Source: a virus (taxonomy: Duplodnaviria > Caudoviricetes). Taken from it: a stretch of 64,000 nt of DNA. The notes under the pieces are model-generated. The model ran no database searches. It saw only the letters and a list, made by a program, of their open reading frames with translations, and had not been told where the DNA came from. The DNA lies in the IMG/VR virus record IMGVR_UViG_3300027278_000001, positions 1 to 64,000 of that record; one strand, 5' to 3'. Shown here in pieces: positions 9,531 through 17,703 of the stretch; position 1 is the first letter of the stretch, and each line of letters begins with the position of its first letter. The position numbers and the translations under genes are program-made.

Positions 9531-10973
9531 ATGGCTGGAGTTGAAAATACAGGTTTTGTATTAAAGCGTCTACCTGAAATACTTTTAGAATTACAACAAG
9601 AAGCAGCAGAACTTTTCCAAGACCTTGTAAAGCCGGGAGAAGTAGTAGATACATCCACTAGCTCTGCTCTTGGTCGATTGATTGCCCTTGTTTCCCCTTC
9701 AGACGCTGATCTTTGGGAAGCTGCTCAAGAAGTTTATGCAGCATTTGATCCAAACTCTGCTGTAGGTATTGCGTTAGATAATCTTGTTGCTTATGCAGGT
9801 ATTACACGTATTGAAGAAACTTTCACCGTAAGTCCCCTACTCCTTGCCGGTGATAATGGTACATTCATTACAGCAGGAAGTACAGTAAATAGTGACATTA
9901 CTGGTGAAGATTTTAACACTACAATTGGTGTTGGTCTTACTCCAAACTCTGCTTCTGGTATCACTGTAAGTGTTGTAAGTGTAGCTGATAGTACAGATTA
10001 CACCATTACTTACGCAGGTAGTGTAAACACTCAGAGCATTACAATCAACTCAGGCATTAGTGCAACAGTATCAAGTATTCTTGCAGCTTTGCAAGCAGAG
10101 ATTCTATCTGCTCACCCAACACTTGTTTCTTCTGTGGTTGGGACTACACTTGTCATTGACCGAGTTGATGTATTCCAAAGTGTCACATTCTCCGTCACTG
10201 CCAATCTTGGCATTACAAAGGTTCGTAAGGTCGGTGAAGGTGTTGCTGTAAATAGTGGCCCTATTGCTCAACAAGCAAATACAATCACAAGTATCACCAC
10301 ACCGATTCTTGGCTGGGACAGTGTAACAAACCCTATTGCTGCAACTGAAGGCCGTCTACGTGAGACTGATGAAGAACTTCGTCTACGTTTCCGCAATAGT
10401 AAGTTTGAACGAGCTACCAACACACTTGATGCTGTTTACTCAGCTCTTATTGGTGTAACTGGTGTAGAACAAGTAATCATTTATGAGAATGATACAGACA
10501 TTACCGATGGTAATGGTGTTCCTGCTCACAGCTTTCTTCCCATTGTAGTTGGAGGCACTAGTGTTGATATTGCTAACGCTATTTGGCGTAACAAGCCAAT
10601 TGGCATTCTAAGTGATGGTAACACTACAGTAAGCATTAATGACATTCAAGGTTTTCCTCACGACATTAGTTTTGAAAGGCCGAATCCTGTTGTAATCCAT
10701 ATCAACATGACTTTGACAACAGACGCTTTGTTTCCTGCTAATGGTAAAGATCAGATTAAAGCAGCCATTGTGCAATACTTTACTGATAACTTTGGTATTG
10801 GTAATGACGTCATTTACAGCCGTCTATTTACACCAATCAACTCTGTTCCGGGCCATCAAGTAGATGCTTTGACAATTGGTTTGGCTCCACTTCCTGTAGG
10901 AATGGCGAATATTCCAATTGCTTTCAACGAAGTGGCATCAATCTCTGATGTAAATATCGTCATAACGGTGTAA
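9531..10973 (+). CDS. Baseplate J-like protein
   Basis: GIALDNLVAYAGITR, ETDEELRLR, and GV..V.IYENDT...G.PAHSF..IV.GG motifs. Confidence 0.9.
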   Translation: MAGVENTGFVLKRLPEILLELQQEAAELFQDLVKPGEVVDTSTSSALGRLIALVSPSDADLWEAAQEVYAAFDPNSAVGIALDNLVAYAGITRIEETFTVSPLLLAGDNGTFITAGSTVNSDITGEDFNTTIGVGLTPNSASGITVSVVSVADSTDYTITYAGSVNTQSITINSGISATVSSILAALQAEILSAHPTLVSSVVGTTLVIDRVDVFQSVTFSVTANLGITKVRKVGEGVAVNSGPIAQQANTITSITTPILGWDSVTNPIAATEGRLRETDEELRLRFRNSKFERATNTLDAVYSALIGVTGVEQVIIYENDTDITDGNGVPAHSFLPIVVGGTSVDIANAIWRNKPIGILSDGNTTVSINDIQGFPHDISFERPNPVVIHINMTLTTDALFPANGKDQIKAAIVQYFTDNFGIGNDVIYSRLFTPINSVPGHQVDALTIGLAPLPVGMANIPIAFNEVASISDVNIVITV

Positions 10974-10975
10974 AT

Positions 10976-11719
10976 ATGTTACCTACTAATCCGTTTACAA
11001 CTTACGATTATTTACAAGAAGCTCGTGATCGTGTAACTGAACAATTTAAAGACAAGGAAGTCTTTGATAAATACTTGCAACTAATGCTTTATGCAAACCT
11101 TGAGCTGCAAGAAGTATTCAAAGACTTAATGCAAAAGCGTAGCCTTGATACTGCCACTGGAGCACAGTTAGATATTATCGGTGACATTGTTGGTCAACCA
11201 AGAGAGTTGATTGATACAGCCTTGATTGAATACTTTGCCTTTGATGGCTATCCAGATGCCCAATCTTATGGTGACTTGAATGATGGATCAGTTGGTGGTT
11301 TCTACTACAGTTTTGGTGATCCACTAGCAGGTAATACATTACTTAATGATGAGCAGTATCGTCTGTTTATCAAAGCTAAGATTATTAAGAACAATACACA
11401 AGCTACCCCAGATCAGTTCTTAGACTTCATCTCATTTGTGTTCGGTGCAACTGTAAACAACGTAGTTGCTGAAGGTAATGCATCTTTCACTATCATGGTT
11501 GGTAAAGAGCTTAACAGTTTTGAGAAAGCACTACTCACATATACATCCACTTACAACGGGTACGCATCTCCATTTGTTCCAAAACCAATTGGTGTAAGAG
11601 TGAACTTTGGTCAGTTTGACTTTGAGAATTACTTCGGCTTCCAAGGCACACCTAATGCAAAAGGATATGGAGACTTAGGTGATCCCTCTGTTGGTGGTAA
11701 GTATGCTCAGTTGTTCTAA
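10976..11719 (+). CDS. Baseplate wedge protein (DUF2612-like)
   Basis: LDTATGAQLDIIGDIVG and LNDEQYRLFIKAKI motifs. Confidence 0.8.
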   Translation: MLPTNPFTTYDYLQEARDRVTEQFKDKEVFDKYLQLMLYANLELQEVFKDLMQKRSLDTATGAQLDIIGDIVGQPRELIDTALIEYFAFDGYPDAQSYGDLNDGSVGGFYYSFGDPLAGNTLLNDEQYRLFIKAKIIKNNTQATPDQFLDFISFVFGATVNNVVAEGNASFTIMVGKELNSFEKALLTYTSTYNGYASPFVPKPIGVRVNFGQFDFENYFGFQGTPNAKGYGDLGDPSVGGKYAQLF

Positions 11720-11756
11720 GCAGTCTTTTAACATTTCATTTCTAAGGAAATAAAGC

Positions 11757-12803
11757 ATGGCATTAATTACAAAACCAGATATGGAGTTTATCTGGGCATC
11801 TGGTGGGGCTATTGTAGAGCCATCTGATGTTAAAAAGCAAACAGGGTGGACACCAGAAGTCCCTCCACATCAGTGGGAAAACTGGATTCAGAATCGTCAA
11901 GATAAATACCTTGCTCACATCAACCAGCGTGGTATTCCTGAGTGGGATGGTAATACTGAATATGAAGCTGCTAGCTTGTCTTATGTACAAGGTAGTGATG
12001 GTGTAGTATATAAATCTATTGCTGCCAGTGGCCCTGCAACCACTGTACAAGACCCTACCACTGATGTTTCTGATACATATTGGACTGTAGCATTTGCGTC
12101 TACAATGCAGGCTTCTGAGACTGTACAAGGTATTGTTGAACTCGCCACAACAGCAGAGGCTCAGACTGGCACAGATGATATTCGTGCCATGACACCTTTG
12201 AAAGTTAAGCAGGCAATTGAACAATTTGCAGGTGGTGACTTTTTAAACAAAGCAGTCGCCACGGTAGCCGCTTCAGGAACCATCGACCTTACAACCGGAG
12301 CACCCGACACCAGCCAGCTTGCAATCAGCGGAACTGGCGTAACGATCAACGGGTTTACGGTTGCGGCAAATCGTTTTTTTGTTGTCAAGATGACCGGCGC
12401 TACAAACACTTTGGTCAACAGCGCGTCGTTGATAACAGGTCGCGGTGCAAACATTCCTGTTGCAGCTGGCGACAGTTTCCTTATGCGCTCCACCGCAGCA
12501 AACACGGTTGAGATTTTGTGCGGTAATTTTGTTGCAGACTCCGCCGTGGGCACTCGCGGCCAAACATGGCAAAACGTAAGTGGCAGCCGCGCCGGCGGTA
12601 CAACGTACACGAACACTACCGGCAGGCCGATACAAATCCTAACAAGCAGCACCGGCGGCACGTCGCCAATACTCACTATTAACGGCGTGACAGTTCAGTA
12701 TATTTTCCCAACTTCTACAAACGCTGGCTTCTCCGCAATCATCCCCGCCGGGGCGACCTATTCAATATCTACAGGTCAACAAACATGGCTTGAACTTAGG
12801 TAA
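11757..12803 (+). CDS. Tail fibre protein
   Basis: Conserved myovirus fibre N-terminus (WASGG...QTGW...RGIPEWD..TEY), fibre repeat ASETVQGIVELAT.AE, and tip motif GQTWQNVSGSRAGGTTYTNTTGRPI. Confidence 0.9.
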   Translation: MALITKPDMEFIWASGGAIVEPSDVKKQTGWTPEVPPHQWENWIQNRQDKYLAHINQRGIPEWDGNTEYEAASLSYVQGSDGVVYKSIAASGPATTVQDPTTDVSDTYWTVAFASTMQASETVQGIVELATTAEAQTGTDDIRAMTPLKVKQAIEQFAGGDFLNKAVATVAASGTIDLTTGAPDTSQLAISGTGVTINGFTVAANRFFVVKMTGATNTLVNSASLITGRGANIPVAAGDSFLMRSTAANTVEILCGNFVADSAVGTRGQTWQNVSGSRAGGTTYTNTTGRPIQILTSSTGGTSPILTINGVTVQYIFPTSTNAGFSAIIPAGATYSISTGQQTWLELR

Positions 12804-12814
12804 GGAAAACTAGA

Positions 12815-13147
12815 ATGAAATATTACCTCGACCCTGCTTTAGGTGTCCGAGCCTTTGAAGAAGATGGCTCTCAAGACTTTCTTATCACTCCAGAAATGCG
12901 ACCTATGACGCCAGAGGAAGTGGCTGCCCACGTTTCCCCTCCGCTGACATACAAGCAAGCGCTGGATGCTCTGAACGCTAATTATCAGGCTGATGTTGAT
13001 AAATTCAATCGTTCATTTGCTCTAGCATTCCTCGCTGATGGCCCTAGTGAGGCAAGTAAAATGGCAGCTATTCGCACAGCATACGAAGCTCGCCGTACAC
13101 AACATACCGCAAATATCGCGGCTTTAAAACTGGAATACGGAGTATAA
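12815..13147 (+). CDS. Tail fibre assembly chaperone (putative)
   Basis: 110 aa directly after the fibre gene. MKYY....VRAFE.DGSQD..I...M pattern. Confidence 0.65.
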   Translation: MKYYLDPALGVRAFEEDGSQDFLITPEMRPMTPEEVAAHVSPPLTYKQALDALNANYQADVDKFNRSFALAFLADGPSEASKMAAIRTAYEARRTQHTANIAALKLEYGV

Positions 13148-13151
13148 AGTT

Positions 13152-13322
13152 ATGACTATCCCTGAATTTTGTCCTAGTTGCGGCGCTATTATGGAAAAAG
13201 TACCTATGAACACTCAAGGCACAATCTACGATTTCTGGGTATGCCCTGAAGGTGACTGGGAATCTCCGGCAAGCGTAGAAGCCGAGCTTGCAATGGCTAA
13301 AAAGGCCGAAGAATCCCTCTGA
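13152..13322 (+). CDS. Small Cys-containing protein (56 aa), not in the ORF track
   Basis: ATG at 13152, TGA at 13320-13322. MTIPEFCPSCGAIMEKVPMNTQGTIYDFWVCPEGDWESPASVEAELAMAKKAEESL. Confidence 0.6.
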   Translation: MTIPEFCPSCGAIMEKVPMNTQGTIYDFWVCPEGDWESPASVEAELAMAKKAEESL

Positions 13323-13332
13323 GGTGAAGTAG

Positions 13333-14028
13333 TTGGATATTTTAAGAGCTATAGTAATATGGCTCTTTCAATTCATCACACAACTTGTGGGTATTATACT
13401 GGGCATCTTCTTGATGCCCATTTTCCTATTGTTTGTAGATGATTCAAAGAAAGAGCCTACTTATAAAACAGATGGTGTAAATGAGTGGTGGTTGAGAACA
13501 CTACCTAAGTTTGCTCTATTCTGGGATAACAAAATTGATGGAACATTAGGAGATGATGATTATCGTTATGCTTCAAGGGATATTCCTTTTGGTTTAAAGA
13601 ATACATCCTTCCTTGGGCAGTATTGGTGGATGGCTTTTCGTAACCCATTTAACTACTTTAAACGCTTTATCCTTGCTTGTGATGTTCGTAAGGATATTGT
13701 AGAAAAGGTTGCAGGGCAAGATTATGTTCGTGATGATCTTAATTCTACAGGCTGGCAATTCTTGAAGTGTGGGAAATTCTACACTTTCTACGGGGTTTGG
13801 CTTTATCCTGAGCATAAAGTTTATACACTAGGTTTTGAAAAGGTTGACTCTTGGTACAAATACAAGCTTAAAGTTAACACCTATTTGAATACCTCCAAGT
13901 CTCTTGTGATGCAACTCGGTAATAAGTTTGACCTACAAGATAATCTCAAAGCATACCCTATTGAGCAAGAGTATAAGTATTTCAAGGGTTTCACTTTTGA
14001 AATTAATTTGTATAAGGATATTAGTTAA
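13333..14028 (+). CDS. Hypothetical membrane protein
   Basis: TTG start after GAGGTG. N-terminal hydrophobic helix, Trp-rich. Its stop overlaps the endolysin ATG (TAATG). Confidence 0.7.
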   Translation: MDILRAIVIWLFQFITQLVGIILGIFLMPIFLLFVDDSKKEPTYKTDGVNEWWLRTLPKFALFWDNKIDGTLGDDDYRYASRDIPFGLKNTSFLGQYWWMAFRNPFNYFKRFILACDVRKDIVEKVAGQDYVRDDLNSTGWQFLKCGKFYTFYGVWLYPEHKVYTLGFEKVDSWYKYKLKVNTYLNTSKSLVMQLGNKFDLQDNLKAYPIEQEYKYFKGFTFEINLYKDIS

Positions 14029-14612
14029 TGAATAGTATCCGGCAAAAACTGATTGCCTCTTTCTTAGCGGCTGGTATTGGTGCTAGTGGTGCTTTTGTTG
14101 CTTATGACCTTACTCTCCCATCTGAAGGGCTAGAACAGAAGGTCTACATTGACCCTGTGGGACTTCCAACAGTTTGTGTTGGCCATATGGACAAATCTCT
14201 AAAGCTTGGTCAAACATTCACTATCGAACAGTGTATGGATATGTTTGCTAAGGATTGGAAGAAGCATCAGAAGCAATTAGACGGTGTTGTGAAGGTTCCT
14301 TACAAGTCAGAGTGGCAGCGTGAGGCTCTTACGGACTTCACATTCAACTTAGGCATTGGTAATGTTCAGAGCAGTACCTTACTATCCCTTGTCAACCAAA
14401 ACAAGCACACAGAGGCTTGCAGGCAGCTTACACGCTGGGTTAAGGGTAAGGTGAGAGGAAAGATGGTTACGCTCAAAGGTCTTGTCACTCGACGTGATAA
14501 AACAATGCCCTATTGCCTTGGGGAGCTAAGTTGGGATAAGCAACAAGAATTCAAACAATTTGAGGCAGAATATAATGAAGCTCTTAAAAGACAGACGAAA
14601 GATACTCCGTAG
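14028..14612 (+). CDS. Endolysin, GH24 lysozyme with SAR-type N-terminus
   Basis: E-x8-D-x5-T triad (SEGLEQKVYIDPVGLPTVCVGH) and FTFNLGIG. Gly/Ala-rich N-terminal segment LIASFLAAGIGASGAFVA. Confidence 0.9.
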   Translation: MNSIRQKLIASFLAAGIGASGAFVAYDLTLPSEGLEQKVYIDPVGLPTVCVGHMDKSLKLGQTFTIEQCMDMFAKDWKKHQKQLDGVVKVPYKSEWQREALTDFTFNLGIGNVQSSTLLSLVNQNKHTEACRQLTRWVKGKVRGKMVTLKGLVTRRDKTMPYCLGELSWDKQQEFKQFEAEYNEALKRQTKDTP

Positions 14613-14802
14613 CTACTCCTTTCTTTCCATGCTAGGTAACTTTCTTATTGCTCTCAGCATCAGTGGATTAGGCGTTATCGGTGTTTTGTCCGCTGACATT
14701 GCCTTCCCTCTTCTTGCATCTCTGGCAATTAGCTTTGGTTTATTTGGGTTGGTTGGTCGCTTTATCGACCAACAACTAGAGGATAACCAAGATGCTGAGT
14801 AA
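14575..14802 (+). CDS. Holin/pinholin candidate (two TM segments)
   Basis: ATG at 14575 with GAGG SD. Basic N-terminus, two hydrophobic segments, acidic tail. Lies between endolysin and spanins. Confidence 0.6.
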   Translation: MKLLKDRRKILRSYSFLSMLGNFLIALSISGLGVIGVLSADIAFPLLASLAISFGLFGLVGRFIDQQLEDNQDAE

Positions 14803-15223
14803 ACCCTTCATTATTGCCCTATTTGTCTCAATCTCTCTTAACTGCTTGTTTGGCTATTTGTCTTACTCTTTCTACTCTGACAAAGCTGTAGCTGAATCGC
14901 AATTGACTACTGCTGTAGATGCTAACAAGGCTTTGAAAGAGTCTTTAGACAATAAAGAGTCAGCTTGTAAAATAACAGACGTTATTGTTTCTGAATATAC
15001 GAAAGAAAAACAAGAGATTGTTAAAGAAACAGATGGTGTTTTAGGCGCTATTGATAAGATGGTATCAACACCTTCCCAAGTAGAAAGCAAGCCAAAGAGG
15101 CAAGAGAATGTTAAGGAAAAAAGTAATGTTGTCAGCCTTGATGATAAGCTTCCTGCTGATCTTGTCAGGCTGCTCTCAGAAGTATGTCTACGTGCAAAAG
15201 GAAGTGCTTGTGATGACACCTGA
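14792..15223 (+). CDS. i-spanin (Rz-like)
   Basis: N-terminal TM segment followed by a coiled-coil-like periplasmic part. Confidence 0.75.
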   Translation: MLSKPFIIALFVSISLNCLFGYLSYSFYSDKAVAESQLTTAVDANKALKESLDNKESACKITDVIVSEYTKEKQEIVKETDGVLGAIDKMVSTPSQVESKPKRQENVKEKSNVVSLDDKLPADLVRLLSEVCLRAKGSACDDT

Positions 15224-15389
15224 GAGTCTTCTAGTTGATCCCTGTGAGGCGATTAGTGCTGGGGATACAGTGAGGTTGCTTGCAAAGGGATACGTCGCTA
15301 ATACAAGCTGTTTGGGGCAGTACAAGCTACTCCTTGAAAAGCAGCGAAGACACAAGAAAGAAATGGAGCTGATTTATGAGCAGCGTTGA
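15126..15389 (+). CDS. o-spanin (Rz1-like lipoprotein), overlapping the i-spanin
   Basis: ATG at 15126 after AAGGA. Signal peptide with lipobox LSGC. Pro-containing mature part. Confidence 0.8.
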   Translation: MLSALMISFLLILSGCSQKYVYVQKEVLVMTPESLLVDPCEAISAGDTVRLLAKGYVANTSCLGQYKLLLEKQRRHKKEMELIYEQR

Positions 15390-15660
15390 AACTGGTCAGA
15401 GGATCAATAACTACATTGAACGTATTGCTATTGGTCTTCTAGTTATTCTTCTTAGTCTTATTCAAACTCAGTATTGGGCAGACAAGGCTGAAAGTAAGCA
15501 AGAGATTAAAGAGCTTAACACTAAAGTGCTTGAGCTTTATAGAAACTCTGTAACCAAACAAGAGCTAAGGGAATTGGAAACACGTCTGACAGAGAACGGG
15601 AATGCATTGCGCTCTGATGTTCGGCAGATTCTTACATTGTACTTAGACCAGAAGAAATGA
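15376..15660 (+). CDS. Single-TM membrane protein in the lysis operon
   Basis: IAIGLLVILLSLI segment followed by a coiled-coil-like region. Confidence 0.65.
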   Translation: MSSVETGQRINNYIERIAIGLLVILLSLIQTQYWADKAESKQEIKELNTKVLELYRNSVTKQELRELETRLTENGNALRSDVRQILTLYLDQKK

Positions 15661-15661
15661 T

Positions 15662-16021
15662 ATGGATAGAAGGAAGGACAGTTTGTTTTGGAAAACGTTA
15701 AATTTGGTTGTGAATCTTACTTTCCTCCTTCTTGCTGTTACAATTATGACTATCTTGCTCAAGAATGATAATTATAGAACGGATATGTCTAACTATGAGA
15801 TTGCTTTATCTGAGCTTAGACGAGATGTGGATAAGGTCAATCAAAGTAATTTTGTATATTTGGAAAATAAAATAAATGCAGTTGCCACCAATCAAGATAG
15901 TTATCAAAATAATACAACAAGACGTGTAGACGTATTAGAAGAACGTCAGAAGATGGTGGAAGCTCGTAGTAAGGCATCCCCTAGGATCATTAATACGAAC
16001 ACTGCTACAGTTACGAAGTGA
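15662..16021 (+). CDS. Single-TM membrane protein in the lysis operon
   Basis: Basic N-terminus, LNLVVNLTFLLLAVTIMTILL segment, polar helical C-terminus. Confidence 0.65.
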   Translation: MDRRKDSLFWKTLNLVVNLTFLLLAVTIMTILLKNDNYRTDMSNYEIALSELRRDVDKVNQSNFVYLENKINAVATNQDSYQNNTTRRVDVLEERQKMVEARSKASPRIINTNTATVTK

Positions 16022-16134
16022 CAACCTGTCACAAAATAATTATAAGAGTTTGCGTTTAGTAAGCCGTCTTTCGCAAGAAAGAGTCTCTCGTGTAGACATA
16101 ATTGTCCATGCGATTATGTCTCCTTAGAAATGAT

Positions 16135-16180
16135 AAAGCCCCGGAGAGCCAATGAAGGTTCTTGCCGGGGCTTTCTTTTG
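16135..16180. terminator. Terminator at the convergent late/middle junction, probably bidirectional
   Basis: AAAGCCCCGG(16135-16144)...CCGGGGCTTT(16165-16174)CTTTTG. Confidence 0.8.
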
Positions 16181-16189
16181 TCTGTAACT

Positions 16190-16605
16190 TTAGTTTGTAG
16201 AAACAATCATCTGATCTTCACCTTGCGCAATCCCATCTTTCTTATAGATGGTGAACGCTCCACATGTCCAAAGCTCTAGAACAAAGCTATATTGCTTATC
16301 TGTATACTCCTCAAGCTCCTTGCAAATAGCAATCCCTTGTTCAAGAGTAAGTCCGTTGATTACTGTTTGGTAATGCTGGTTGTACTGGTTATCTATTTTG
16401 AGTAGCAGTTCTGCAAGGCTCATTTAGTAATCTCCCATACGTGTTGAGGATCAGGCACAAAAGTCATTGTAATTCTAAGATCATAGCCTTGGTGCAGCAA
16501 CCTCCCATCATCTGAAAAATTAGATACTTCTGAGTAAGCTTTTACAAGCCATCCACCATGTACTTCAGCACGTTCATGATAGGCATCAATTTGTTCCCAT
16601 TCCAT
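16190..16605 (-). CDS. Two small hypothetical proteins (16190-16423, 16420-16605)
   Basis: ORF track. ATGA-type overlap and SD upstream. Confidence 0.65.
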
Positions 16606-16619
16606 AATTCCTCCTAGTC

Positions 16620-16655
16620 AAAAGAACGCCCCACAACCAGAGGCTATGGGGTTAA
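16620..16655 (-). terminator. Terminator after nrdB
   Basis: Minus strand CCCCATAGCC-TCT-GGTTGTGGGG followed by CGTTCTTTT. Confidence 0.6.
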
Positions 16656-16678
16656 GAATAGCACGTTAGATTTTGTTG

Positions 16679-17695
16679 TCAAGCACGTTCAGTGAGAATG
16701 TGTAGGTATTTATTGTAGTTCACTTCCCCCGGCAATTCCTTATGAACATAATCAACAACTTTGGCTTCAAAGAAGTTCTTATGTCTGCCAGCACTAAGTA
16801 GCCACTCCATCCACTCCAAAGGATTCTTAGGGACTTCTGTAAAGCTAATGTACCCACGCTGGAACAATCGAAGCTTCCCTAGATAATGAATAAATCCTTT
16901 CATTCCCTCCACAGTCAAATCCTCCCCACCACCAAGCTCAAACACCAAATCAATGTAAACATCCTCAGCTTCTTCAAACTTCTCAACAAGCTTAAATGTA
17001 ACATCCTTCAGAACTAAGCGTTCAACTTCTGTCAAATCATTTTCCATTTCCTTGACAGTACGGATATTGTTGGTCACGTGTTCTTGCTCATCCTTTAGTG
17101 ACCACTCATTAATATCATTGAAACCATTAAGGATACCCGAACGCTTCTGATTCAGCAATGTTGCAAAGGCACCAAACAAACCAATGCCCTCTCCCATAAG
17201 AATCTGAGTCAGCTTAATTGCAGCACGGAGTTGATCACTCGCCCCAACTGGCGTCAAATCCTCTACCATAACATCTAACTTATCTGCCATCTCTTTATAT
17301 GAAGCAAAAGCAGACCAATCATCGTTACTAAAACCAAAAGTCTCAGCAGCTAGAGCATATGCACGTTGGTGAATAACCTCACGAGCTGCAAAAGTCATAA
17401 GCATGTTTCTGATTTCATTGTTCTTAATCAGATGCAAAACTTCTGTATAACCACCACCAACAGTCTTGTCCATCTCTGTAAATAGACACAAAGTCTTATC
17501 AAGGATATTCTTATTCTGCTCGTGACTGATACTCTTCGTCTTCAGACCATCCTTGGAAAAATACTGCTGAATATCATCTTGCAAGTTAATTTGATGTACG
17601 TCCCAATACATATCAATATTGTGTTTCTGAGCTGCCTCCGCAGCCCAAGAATACGTGAATGGGCGATACGATTTACTCTCTTCAAAAACTGACAT
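16679..17695 (-). CDS. nrdB: Ribonucleotide reductase class Ia beta subunit
   Basis: Di-metal ligands FTEMD, REVIH, EGIGLF and DEQEH, plus the radical Tyr in HQRAY. Confidence 0.95.
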   Translation of the reverse strand: MSVFEESKSYRPFTYSWAAEAAQKHNIDMYWDVHQINLQDDIQQYFSKDGLKTKSISHEQNKNILDKTLCLFTEMDKTVGGGYTEVLHLIKNNEIRNMLMTFAAREVIHQRAYALAAETFGFSNDDWSAFASYKEMADKLDVMVEDLTPVGASDQLRAAIKLTQILMGEGIGLFGAFATLLNQKRSGILNGFNDINEWSLKDEQEHVTNNIRTVKEMENDLTEVERLVLKDVTFKLVEKFEEAEDVYIDLVFELGGGEDLTVEGMKGFIHYLGKLRLFQRGYISFTEVPKNPLEWMEWLLSAGRHKNFFEAKVVDYVHKELPGEVNYNKYLHILTERA

Positions 17696-17703
17696 AGTTC
17701 TCC

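Noticed and set aside
11757-13147. Diversity-generating retroelement or invertible fibre cassette
   Set aside because: No second copy of the tip sequence, reverse transcriptase, invertase or flanking inverted repeats were seen.
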